Part shown: one piece after another, positions 23,595-35,178 of the stretch
Layout: the number at the start of each line of letters is the position of its first letter
Position numbering within the stretch: position 1 is the stretch's first letter
Source: Selaginella moellendorffii
Lineage: Eukaryota > Plantae > Lycopodiophyta
DNA length: 39,979 bases
Direction: 5' to 3'
NCBI RefSeq assembly: GCF_000143415.4
Contig: NW_003314286.1
Span: forward strand, 1,962,082-2,002,060
Position numbers and translations under genes: made by a program
Notes under the pieces: model-generated
Told to the model about the DNA's origin: nothing
Seen by the model: the letters and a program-made list of their open reading frames with translations, nothing else
The model's database searches: none

Positions 23595-25444
23595 TGTGAG
23601 ACACAAAATCCCTAGGCCCCAAAGTGGAGCCGGAAGGGCGCCACATGGTAGTGGCCGAAGCGAGAGCCAAACGAGCGTAACACGTTTGGACCAAAAGCTC
23701 CGACTTGAAAAGTCAAGAGCAGGAGTGGAACTCCCAACGAAGTGCTCGAGGAATGAGCACGAAGCGAGCAAAAGGCGAGGCTCCAAAAAGGGACCCAAAA
23801 GGACCAACACATGACACGTGGGAGTGTCCAAGATGGACTCGAGTTGGAGTCCGAAGTGGAGTCCGAGATGGACCCGAGTTGGAGTCCGAAATGGAGTCCG
23901 AGATGGACCCGAGATGGAGTCCGAGATGGAGTCCGAAGTGGAGTCCGAGGTGGACCCGAGATGGACCCGAGTTGAAGCCCGAAGTGGAGTCCGAGATGGA
24001 CCCGAGATGGAGTCCGAGATGGAGTCCGAGATGGAGTCCGAGGTGGACCCGAGATGGACCCGAGATGGAGTCCGAGATGGAGTCCGAGATGGAGTCCGAG
24101 ATGGAGTCCGAGATGGAGTCCGAGGTGGACCCGAGATGGACCCGAAATGGAGTCCGAGATGGAGTCCGAGATGGACCCGAGATGGAGTCCGAGATGGAGT
24201 CCGAGATGGACCCGAGATGGAGTCCGAGATGGAGTCCGAGATGGACCCGAGATGGAGTCCGAGATGGAGTCCGAAGTCGAGACCGAGACCGGGACCGAGA
24301 CCGAGACCGAGACCGAGATCGGGACCGAGACCGAGACCGAGGCCGAGGCCGAGACCAAGCCCGAGCCCGAGTCTGAGTCCGAATCCGAGTCCGAGTCCGA
24401 GTCCGAGTCCGAGTCCGAGTCCAAGTCCGAGTCCGAGTCCGGAGCCTGAGAGGGTGAAAGCCCAAAGCGTTCGTCTCCCAGACCCTGGGGGGTTTGGTGA
24501 GCTCCAAAAGTATAGTAGGGGGAGGACTGGAGTGGAGCCAGTTTGGCCAGGAAAGGCCAGTTTGGCCCAGGAAGGCCAGACCCAGTGTTGGGTGATGAGC
24601 TGCCCACTGGGAAGTCCAAGACTAGAGTGAACACAGACCGACAAGCGGGGTAGCTTGGTGAAGTGTTCAAGAGCCGGCTCTAGTTCCCCCGGGAGATCGA
24701 CTAGCCGATGCTCCCAGTCCAAGTGTGGGTGGCACTACCTACTTGGATACCTGGTGTGGCTCAACGGAACCCGCTCTAAGCCCATGGCTAGAGCACCCAA
24801 GGGCAGAAGGCGAGGAGAGTACCCAGGTGGCTCGCATAAGGCCACGGTGTTCCGAAATGTTGTCCCAAAGGCCCAGACTATGGAAAGGAAGAGGAGCAGT
24901 CCTCTGGGGTAGTGACCAAGGACATAGTCGTGTGGAGAGGAAGTCCCAGAGGACTGTGGGACTTAGTGGTCGGGCCTGTGGGCCTCGATCCAGCGGCAGT
25001 GTTGGCAAACACGGCCAGGGGCAGAAAGGGACTTAGTGGGGACTGACAGAGGGATATTGGGGAAGGCAGTTCCCTTTATCGGTGGGCATCCTAAGGATGC
25101 TAAGGAGTGGATCTGAGATGACCACTCACGAATGGTTTGCCTAGTCTTGGAGAGCCAAGACTGTGATGCAAGTGGTATTGGACTACCAGTGTGGCAAAGG
25201 TGATTGAGCATGGCCTTAGCATAACAGGCTGCTATATCGGTGGTACCTTTGAGTGTCGGTCATGGGATCGGACACGTGGAGCACTTGGACCAGGTGCAAG
25301 GGTTGAGTGGCATGGTTGCCATTCTTGGGGCTAGCAAGTCCCAAGTCCTGGATTGGACTTATGGAGGTTGTGAATGAGACTCCTCCAAGTGGTCGGAGGT
25401 GTGGTTAAGTGACTAAAGTAGAATGGAAAATTTAGTCGCTTACA
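23595..25444 (+). repeat. 5' LTR of element C (1850 bp)
   Basis: Runs TGTGAGAC...CGCTTACA and is followed by the PBS. Confidence 0.95.
23834..24445 (+). repeat. U3 minisatellite: GAGTCCGAGATG (12-mer) and GACCCGAGATG (11-mer) units followed by GAGACC/GAGTCC hexamers
   Basis: Directly visible. Equivalent arrays at about 11291-11551, 16811-17278, 29708-30262, 32912-33530 and 36180-36306. Confidence 0.95.
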
Positions 25445-28400
25445 ATTTGGTATCGGAGCTGTTCCTTAGTTTGACTTTTATTGGTGCTCAAGTATATCAC
25501 CACTAGTGTTGGCATCGGAAGGTCCGAGGAGTGGGCCTATCCTTGAGGAGTAGCAAGTCGGGAAGACATGGCTCTCCATTACAGTTCATGTGTGAACTTG
25601 TAGACGAGGTGGTGGATAGAAAAGGGCCAATAATGGAACGACTTTGGGATCTTGGGAGCAGTGCAAGGTTTTCCTCATTGAGTTGAGGATGTGATCCGGA
25701 TGAGCATTTGTCTCAGCAAATTGGCTTAGGTTGTTGTGGTAAATAACTAAAGTTGGGATCACGGGAAAGATAGAGACTCCAAAACAATAAAGGAGTCACA
25801 AGGTTATCCTCATATAGTTGAGGTTGGTGCTCATGAATGTGAGACCAAAGGTAATGACCGTGGGAGGTCAAATACAGAAGAGGACTCAAGTCCTTGAAAT
25901 GGTAGCCGGGGCTACCTCTAATAAATGCTGGAACAACCCAAGGAGTTGGGGGTGTATTAAGTGGATGAGTTGGTATTCTCATCACATGGACAAGTAGTCC
26001 TAAGGGGCAAAGGTTGCCCCCAGAGAACAAAATCAAGTGTCGGAGTAACACTTGTGAAAATAGTCCTTTTGAGTAGGACAGGAATGCAAGAAGTGTATTC
26101 CAGTGAGCTAGTGCCTCACAAGTAGGACCTTACGGGTCTGTGGATTAACCAAGTCCAAAACTGCTAGATGACGCAAGTAGAGTCAAGGGATGGTCCTAAA
26201 AGGACTGATGGAAGCATTTGGACTGAGGTGTGTTGTACCCCACAAAGGATGGGGGGGGATCATAGGATCCAAGGATGAGAACAGAGGGTATCTCATCGAT
26301 GGCAAAATGTGCCATGCTAAAGTTATGGGAAAGGTGTTCCCAGAAGAAAACAACTTTGACACAAAGTTGTGTGTGACCTCTATGGGGCAGTGCTAACAGA
26401 TGGTTGGCATGAGAAACAGTGGTGTTGGTCTTGGCAAAGACTTAGACACGAAGGGGAAATGTCATAGAGGTAGGCTCGTGGAGCCGATGGTGTGGAGACA
26501 CCAAATGTGCCAAGGTGTGATACCTTGAGGCTATGTTGGTGGGTTCATGAGAACCCCTTGCCAAAGGAATCCCAATGGAAATGGGAATGGCATAGCCTAA
26601 GCTGCAGAGCATGCAGTTGGAGTGTGGTGACCCAGATAATGATAGAGGTGTGAAAGCACCAAGCAATGAGTTGTAGGACTTGAAAACTATGAGGCAACTA
26701 AGCAAGAGGTGCAAAATAACTGGTTAAACGGGTAGAAGGTAGCTACCCAAGACTTCTTAATAGCATAAGGAAGTTGGATATACCCTTACGGGGGATAAGT
26801 GCTTGTGTTGCGATATAGTAAGTCAATGTCATAAAAGGAAATACTCATTATCAAGAAAGCCATCATTGGGACACCCGGACACTCTAGAACACCAGAAGGT
26901 GGTGTTTGATGTCGCGAGGGCAATGGATAAAGCCCAAGGGACTAAGTCCCTAGCGAATGATGGATAGAAGGTGCTATCCAAATGTCCAAGGTTGCGGAGA
27001 CAGGAGAGGACTGTCTACCCGAATTGGACAAAGCCAAAAATGGAATTTTGGCAAGGCTAGTGATGGGCATGTAAAGGCCCATAAGCAACAATGTAATCCC
27101 AGTGTGTGAGATTATAAGGTGAGCATACCCGGATTGAGGAACCACTCCCTAGGCTATTGGGTAGGTTCATCCCTAAGAATACTTGCTAAAGTGTGATAGA
27201 AAGTGCAAAGCTATCCTCCTGGTCTGGAGGAGAATGACCAAAGGAAAGGTGTGAAGACAAAAAGCAAGAAGTAAGGGGATAGAACCGAACCATAGGAATT
27301 AAAGGGCATAACCAAGGTTGGTTATGCCAGCTGGGAGTGGAGAATCAAGTGGGGGCTCGAGGGTGTTGCCGCTAGCAACCGTGATGCCATGGAGAGTCTA
27401 AAATATGGAATTGTCTATGTTAGACTATGTGGCATTTTGAAGGCTTGCAAAAAGGGAGGCCTTAGCAAGCTGAGGGACAGAGTTCCTTCAAGGTTCCCAA
27501 AGATGATTCTAAGTAGCTTAGTACCTAGAAAGGCCAAGTGTAAATGGTTCATGGAACGCGCGAAATCAGAGTGGCGCAGCAGAAGCGTGGTCTTGAAGCT
27601 TGCCATGAGGCAAGGCTATCAAGGTTAGGGAAGTAGTTCCCGAGTGTTCAAAGAGAGGGCTTTGAACGAAAGTCGATGGTCAAGGACTTTCACGCTTATG
27701 CAGGAACCATGTTACAGTGGTCGGAGGACTTGCCAAGCGAGATTGGCACGTCGGGGGAACAAATACCCTAGTTGAAGGTGATAACTTCAAAAAGGGTGGG
27801 CCATGGGGCCAAGCATGGAGGAGTCCATGCATGATCACAGACATGTCAAGTGAGAGGACTTGGCAGTGTGGAGGAACTAGGTTCCTAAGCTGTGATCTAT
27901 AGCGCGCTTTAAAAATAGGTTGGTGCACCGGCGTGGGGAGTCACGCCAGGCATCTAGTGTGATGCCGTCCGTAGATGCATATACGGAGGTTGGGTTCGAG
28001 TCCCGACCCTCTAGTGCTTGGGTTCGAGTCCCAAATCACTAGGGCGTGGTGATGGTTTGGAATATGAGGACACTCATATTTCGGTGGTCATGGACTCTCA
28101 GTGGGGAGACTGGTTTGGGCACACCGCCAAGCGAGGGATGCCTCGGAGTCGTGATGCACGGTTAGATTGCTTAGTGTGAAAGCTCAGCATATCTAACTTG
28201 AACACTTTGGTGCAAGTGGCACCAAGGTCGTGGTGAGTGAGATGGGGACACCTAATCTCAGTTGCTATGAACCCTTGGCCGTAAGGGCTAGCTTGGGTGC
28301 ACCGCCAAGTGTGGGGGATGCCCCCGGGGTTATAGTCAACAACTTGGAGGTCTAGAAAGCCAAGTACCTCTTGGCAACTCTGTTAAGGTGCCAAGGTGAG

Positions 28401-29469
28401 ATCACTAGGTGATCTTATGGCCAGATAAGGACAAGGTCCCTGGTTGGCTAAGGAATGAAGTTCCTGGTTCAAAATGTTGAAATTGAACTGTTTAAGGTGG
28501 TGTGGCTTGGTCGTGATAACCAAGTGGGAAGAGCACCTAAGGGACATAAACTATGTCCGTGCGATAGCATAGTGAGTCCGAGGAAAGTAGTCTCTATAAA
28601 AGACCCATGGGAGGGTTACGAAGTTGGGCCGTAAGAGACATACTAGGGGTGAACATCCTCCGGACTTGGCAAAGAAGAGTCTTTGCTATGGAACCGAAAC
28701 AATACCTCAAGGAGGGAGGTAGAGATTCGATGTTGCTTGGTGCAACAATCAACGGATAGGAGCAAAAGATGAGTGGCCAAGATAGAGCCGTGGAATCCCT
28801 TGGAAGGAATCCAAGTGACAAAGTTAGGCGAGGAACACTAATGTGTTGGACGCTAACAAGTTGCGGGAAAGGAAGTGTGTTTCCAAGGAGGGATTCCGAA
28901 ATGCTCCGAGTTGGCGAAAGTGGAAGCTCTAAGGGAGGGAGCGGTAAGGTAGCCAAATGATAGGGCCATGAACAGCCCTAGCACAAAGTATGATAACTGG
29001 AACTTTGGCACGAAATATAAGAGAGGATGATGGTGCCCTCGAGTAGAGAACTTCCTAGGATGGGAAGTGGAGTTGCACAAAAGGTGCAAGGCAAGGTGTC
29101 GGAGACACCTAGGAAATTGACTCCAAGAAGTCAAAATTCAAAGTTCCAAAGTGCAAAGGTTATATCGATGGAAATTGAGACTACTCGAGAAGGAGTAGTG
29201 GGATTGACTTAGAGAAGGGTCTCTAAGAGGTTTAGCGAGAACTAAACCAATAAAAGGAGACAACCATTACATGTGGTCCAATCAGTCTCTAAGTTGGAGA
29301 GACTACGCTCCTTAAAGGATGGACAAGGCATGGTGAGCCTTTGATGTCAAACCATAGACAAAGATTGGCTAGGTGCCAAGGATGGAAATGGTAACACGTG
29401 TGGGTGTTACTTTATGAAAGGGTTTACCGTTCGATGAGGACATCGAACTTCGTCTATGGGTGGTGGAGT

Positions 29470-31264
29470 TGTGAGACACAAAATCCCTAGGCCCCAAAGT
29501 GGAGCCGGAAGGGCGCCACATGGTAGTGGCCGAAGCGAGAGCCAAACGAGCGTAACACGTTTGGACCAAAAGCTCCGACTTGAAAAGTCAAGAGCGGGAG
29601 TGGAACTCCCAACGAAGTGCTCAAGGAACGAGCACGAAGCGAGCAAAAGGCGAGGCTCCAAAAAGGGACCCAAAAGGACCAACACATGACACATGGGAGT
29701 GTCCAAGATGGACTCGAGTTGGAGTCCGAAGTGGAGTCCGAGATGGACCCGAGTTGGAGTCCAAAATGGAGTCCGAGATGGACCCGAGATGGAGTCCGAG
29801 ATGGAGTCCGAAGTGGAGTCCGAGGTGGACCCGAGATGGACCCGAGTTGGAGCCCGAAGTGGAGTCCGAGATGGACCCGAGATGGAGTCCGAGATGGAGT
29901 CCAAGATGGAGTCCGAGGTGGACCCGAGATGGACCCGAGTTGGAGTCCGAAGTGGAGTCCGAGATGGACCCGAGATGGAGTCCGAGATGGAGTCCGAGAT
30001 GGAGTCCGAGGTGGACCCGAGATGGACCCGAAATGGAGTCCGAGATGGAGTCCGAGATGGACCCGAGATGGAGTCCGAGATGGACCCGAGATGGACCCGA
30101 GATGGAGTCCGAGATGGAGTCCGAGATGGAGTCCGAAGTCGAGACCGAGACCGGGACCAAGACCGAGACCGAGATCGGGACCGAGACCGAGACCGAGCCC
30201 GAGCCCGAGTCCAAGTCCGAATCCGAGTCCGAGTCCGAGTCCGAGTCCGAGTCCGAGTCCGGAGCCTGAGAGGGTGAAAGCCCAAAGCGTTCGTCTCCCA
30301 GACCCTGGGGGGTTTGGTGAGCTCCAAAAGTATAGTAGGGGGAGGACTGCAGTGGAGCCAGTTTGGCTAGGAAAGGCCAGTTTGGCCCAGGAAGGCCAGA
30401 CCCAGTGTTGGGTGATGAGCTGCCCACTGGGAAGTCCAAGACTAGAGTGAACACAGACCGACAAGCGGGGTAGCTTGGTGAAGTGTTCAAGAGCCGGCTC
30501 TAGTTCCCCCGGGAGATCGACTGGCCGATGCTCCCAGTCCAAGTGTGGGTGGCACTACCTACTTGGATACCTGGTGTGGCTCAATGGAACCCGCTCTAAG
30601 CCCATGGCTAGAGCACCCAAGGGCAGAAGGCGAGGAGAGTACCCAGGTGGCTCGTGTAAGGCCACGGTGTTCCGAAATGTTGTCCCAAAGGCCCAGACTG
30701 TGGAAAGGAAGAGGAGCAGTCCTCTGGGGTAGTGACCAAGGACATAGTCGTGTGGAGAGGAAGTCCCAGAGGACCGTGGGACTTAGTGGTCGGGCCTGTG
30801 GGCCTCGATCCAGCGGCAGTGTTGGCAAACACGGCCAGGGGCAGAAAGGGACTTAGTGGGGATTGACAGAGGAATATTGGGGAAGGCAGTTCCCTTTATC
30901 GGTGGGCATCCTAAGGATGCTAAGGAGTGGATCTGAGATGACCACTCACGAATGGTTTGCCTAGTCTTGGAGAGCCAAGACTGTGATGCAAGTGGTATTG
31001 GACTACCAGTGTGGCAAAGGTGATTGAGCATGGCCTTAGCATAACAGGCTGCTATATCGGTGGTACCTTTGAGTGTCGGTCATGGGATCGGACACGTGGA
31101 GCACTTGGACCAGGTGCAAGGGTTGAGTGGCATGGTTGCCATTCTTGGGGCTAGCAAGTCCCAAGTCCTGGATTGGACTTATGGAGGTTGTGAATGAGAC
31201 TCCTCCAAGTGGTCGGAGGTGTGGTTAAGTGACTAAAGTAGAATGGAAAATTTAGTCGCTTACA
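29470..31264 (+). repeat. 3' LTR of element C (1795 bp)
   Basis: Preceded by the PPT and followed by TSD ATAAA. Confidence 0.95.
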
Positions 31265-32704
31265 ATAAAGTGCAAAACTACCCTCTTAGATGGGAGGAGA
31301 ATAACAAAAAAGAAGACACAAAGCCAAAAAAACAAGTAATAAAAAGATAAAACCAAACCATAGAAATCGAAAGACATAACCAAGAGTGGTTGTGCAAGTT
31401 AGGAGTGAAGATTCAAGTGGGTGCTCGAACATGTTGTTATTAGCAACTGTGATGCCATAGAGAATCTAAAGTATGGAATTATCTATGTTAAACCATATGG
31501 CAATTAGAAAGCTTGCAAAAGGAGAAGCCTTAGCAAGCTAAGGGATAGAGTCCCTTCAAAGTTCCCAAAGTCAATTTTAGGTAGATTAGTACCTAGAAAG
31601 ACAAGTGTAAATGATTTATAGAACGTGCGAAATTAGAGTGGTGGAGCAGAAGTATGGTCTTGAAATTTGCTATGAGGCGAAGCTATTAAGGTTGGCGAAG
31701 TAATCCCTAAGTGTTCAAAGAGATAGCTTTGAATGAAAGTCGATGGTTAAAGACTTTCACACTTATGCATGAAACTATGTTACATTAGTCGAGTGACTTG
31801 CTAAGTGAGATTGGCAAGTCAGGGGGGAACAAAGACCCTAGTTAAAGGTGTTGACTTCAAAAAAGGATGGCCTATGGGGCAAAGCATGGAGGAGTCCATG
31901 CATGATCATAGACTTGTCAAGTGAAAGGACTTGTCAATGTGGAGGAACTAGGTTCCTAAGTTGTGATCCGTAGCACGCTTTAAATATAAATTGGTGCACT
32001 GGCGTAGGGAATCACGCTAAGCATCTTGGGTGATGCCATCCGTAGATGCATATACGAAGGTTAAGTTTGAGTCCCAACCCTTTAGTGCTTGGGTTCAAGT
32101 CCCAACTCACTAGGGCGTGGTGATGGTTTGGAATATGAGAACACTCATTTTTTGATGGTCATGAATTCTTAGTGAGAAGACTGGCTTAAGCATACCACCA
32201 AGCGGGGGGATGCCCCAGAGTCATAATGCACAATTAAATTGTTTAGTGTGAAAGCTTAGCATATCTAACTTGAACCCTTTGGTGCTAGTGGCACCAAAGA
32301 CGTGGTGAATGAGATAGGGACACCCAATCTTAATTGTTATAAACCCTTGGCTGAAAAGGTTGGCTTGGGTGCACTGCCAAGTATGGGGGATGTCCCTAGA
32401 GTCATGGTCAACAACTTAAAGATCTAGAAGACATAATGTCTATTGGCAAATTTGTTAAGGTGTAAAGATTAGATTGCTAAATGATCTTACGGTTAAGCAA
32501 AGACAAGGTCTTTGTGAAGTTAAGGAATCAAGTTCCTAGTCAAAGTGACCAAGTGGGAAGAACACATAAAGTAAATGAATTATGTTAATGCGATGGCATA
32601 GTGAGTCCAAAGAAAATAGTCCCTAGCAGAGACCCATAGAAGGGTTACAAAGTTGGGCCGTAAATAAAGTCCACAGCAGAAAATGCTAAAGAGAGTTATT
32701 AGGG

Positions 32705-34528
32705 TGTGAGACAAAAATCCCTAAGCCCCAAAATGGAGCCGAAAGGGTGCCACGTGGTAGTGGCTGAAGCGAAAGCCAAATGAGTGTAACACGTTTGGAC
32801 TAAAAGGCTTTGACTTGAAAGGTCAAGAGCGGGAGTGGAACTCCCAATGGAGTGCTCAAGAAACGAGCATGAAGTGAGCAATAAAAGAGTCTCTAGAAAA
32901 AGGACACAAGAGGACCCAAGATGGAGTCTGAGATGGAGTCCGAGATGGACTCGACATGCAGTTCGAGATGGACCCAAGATGGAGTCCGAGATGGACCCAA
33001 GATGGAGTCCGAGATGGACCCAAGATGGAGTCCAAGATGGACCCGAGATGGCGTCCGAGATGGACCCAAGATGGAGTCCAAGATGGAGTTCGAAATGGAC
33101 CTGAGATGGACCCGAGATGGAGTCCGAGATGGACCCGAGATGGAGTCCGAGATGGACCCGAGATGGAGTCCGAGATGGACCCGAGATGGAGTCCGAGATG
33201 GACTCGAGATGGAGTCCGAGATGGAGTCCGAGATGGACCCGAGACGGACCCAAAATGGAGTCCAAGATGGACCCAAGATGGAGTCCGAGATAGACCCGAG
33301 ATGGAATCTAAGATGGAGGCCAAGAAGGACCCGAGACGAAGTCCGAAGTTGAGATCGAGACCAACACCGAAACCGAGACGAGACCGAGACCGAGACCAAC
33401 ACCGAGACCGAGACGAGACCGAGACCGAGACTAAGGCCGAGGCTGAGACCAAGCCCAAGCCTGAGTCCAAGTCCAAGTCCAAGTTTGAGTCCGAGTCCAA
33501 GTCCGAGTTTGAGTCTAAGTTCAAGTCTGAGAGGGTGAAAGCCCAAAGCGTTCGTCTCCCAAACCCTGGGGGGTTTGGTGAGCTCCAAAAGTATAGTAAG
33601 GGGAGGACTCCAGTGGAGCTAGTTTGGCTAGGAAAGGCCAGTTTGGCCCAGGAAGGCTGCACCCAGATGTTGGGTGATGGGATAACCACTAGGAAGTCCA
33701 AAGCTAGAGTGAATATGAACCGACAAGCAGAGTAGCTTGGTGAAGTGTTCAAGAGCCGGCTCTAGTTGCCCCGGGAGATCGAATGGTCGATGCTCCCAAT
33801 CCAAGTGTGGGTGGCATTACCTACTTGGATACCTGACATGGCTCAATGGAACCTCGCTCTAAGCCCATGGCTAGAGCACCCAGAGGTAGAAAGTGGGGAG
33901 AGTACCCACGAGGCTCACGTAAGGCCACGGTGTTCTGAAATGTTGTCCCAAAGTCCCAGACTGTAGAACGGAAGAGGAGCAATCCTCTAGTGTGGTGACC
34001 AACAATACGGTCATGTGGTGAAAAAGTCCCAGAGGGCAGTGGGACTTAGTGATCGGGCTTGTGGGCCTTGTCCTAGTGGCAGTGTAGGCAAACTCGGCCA
34101 TGGACAAAAAAGGGATTCGGTGGGGACTATAAAAAGGATATTGGGGAAGGCAGTTCCCTATGTTTGCGGGCATCTTAAGGATGCTAAGGAGTGGATCTTG
34201 GATAGTCACTCTTGGACAGATGGCCCAATCGTTGAGAGACGGGACTGTGATGCAGGTGGTGTTGGACCACTAGTGTGACTAAAGTGAAGGGGCATGGCCT
34301 TAGCATAACGAGCTGGTATGTCGGTGGTACCTTGGGGTGTCAGTCTTGGGACCAGACACGTGGAGCAGTTTTACCAACTGCAAGGGATGAGTGGCATGGA
34401 TGCCATTCTCGGGGCTAGCAAGTCCCAAGTTCTGAATTGGACTTAAGGAGGTTGTGAATGAGATTCCTCCAAGTGGTTGAAGGTGTGGTTAAGTGACTAA
34501 AGTAGAATGGAAAATTTAGTCGCTTACA
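32705..34528 (+). mobile_element. Solo LTR of the B/C family
   Basis: A single LTR TGTGAGAC...CGCTTACA flanked by TSD TAGGG (32700-32704/34529-34533), with no adjacent PBS or PPT. D continues across it. Confidence 0.92.
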
Positions 34529-34775
34529 TAGGGGTGAACACCCTTTGGACTTGGTAAAGTAAAGTCTTTGCTATGGAACCAAAAGGATATTTCGAGGATG
34601 GAGGTAGTGATCCTATATTGCTTGGTGCAACAATAAAATGATAGGAGCAAAAGACTAGTGGCCAAGAAAAAAGCTATGGGATTCATTAAAAGGAATCTAA
34701 ATAACAAAGTTAAACTAGGAACATTAATGTGTTGCAAGGGAGGGAGTGGCAAAGTAGCTAAATGATAGGGCTGTG

Positions 34776-35178
34776 TGTAAGCTCCTAAATTTGGACTTCC
34801 CGGGCGGTCCAAATTCAGGAGCTTACATTTGGTTTTAGAGAGGTCTCGAGTCCAACTCTGTTGGTTGGCTAGGGGAATCACACCACATGCTGATTGACAT
34901 CTAGCTGATCCAGTTTGCTCCCACTGGGCTCGACCCAAGGGGTAGGGTGTCAAGAGAGTAGGGCTCTCGGGAGAGTTGTGGCTCTCAACTTCCATTCACG
35001 AGGGCGTAAACTTGCAGGGAAGCGTAGTAGATTGTAAACAACCAAAGAGAACGACTTGAGAGACAATCCATAGGGTTCAAATATAGAAGGAAAGGGCCCA
35101 TAAACAAGAGTGCACCCCCTTTTCTAATCAGTTAAAGGTCTTGGGATATTTGGGATTAAGCGTCCTTGGGTTTGAATA
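34776..35178 (+). mobile_element. Cassandra-like TRIM: U5 fold-back 5' end (34776-34827), 205-bp interior, 3' LTR from 35033 interrupted in the 5S region
   Basis: Degenerate PBS TTTGGTTTTAGAG after GCTTACA and a purine-rich tract before 35033. The segment 35033-35178 matches the first about 146 bp of the 8578 LTR. Confidence 0.82.

Larger units (their letters stand above)
23595..31264 (+). mobile_element. Element C: young, intact non-autonomous LARD-like LTR element (B family)
   Basis: TSD ATAAA (23590-23594/31265-31269). LTRs 23595-25444 and 29470-31264 are nearly identical outside the array. PBS TGGTATCGGAGC 25448-25459, PPT 29455-29469. No recognisable coding ORF in the 4025-bp interior. 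Confidence 0.96.
23269..34775 (+). mobile_element. Element D: older internal fragment of the B/C LARD family (23269-23594, 31265-32704, 34529-34775); own LTRs not visible
   Basis: The pieces are collinear with C's interior (about 26880-28970) and rejoin across TSDs ATAAA and TAGGG. More AT-shifted than C. Confidence 0.85.

Noticed and set aside
23834-24445. CRISPR-like appearance of regular repeats
   Set aside because: No unique spacers and no cas genes; contiguous tandem units inside eukaryotic LTRs.
23565-24722. Long overlapping ORFs (up to 385 aa) on both strands, repeated at 29407-30542, 32699-33752 and 11332-11857
   Set aside because: They arise from the stop-poor U3 minisatellite, give low-complexity translations in several frames, and differ between sister LTRs.
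23595-25444. Hammerhead ribozyme (retrozyme) in the non-autonomous LTRs
   Set aside because: No CTGANGA...GAAA core with flanking helices found by eye; a covariance search would be needed to exclude it fully.
25460-29454. env-like or antisense accessory gene in the B/C interior
   Set aside because: Short ORFs are not preserved between B, C and D and show no recognisable motifs.
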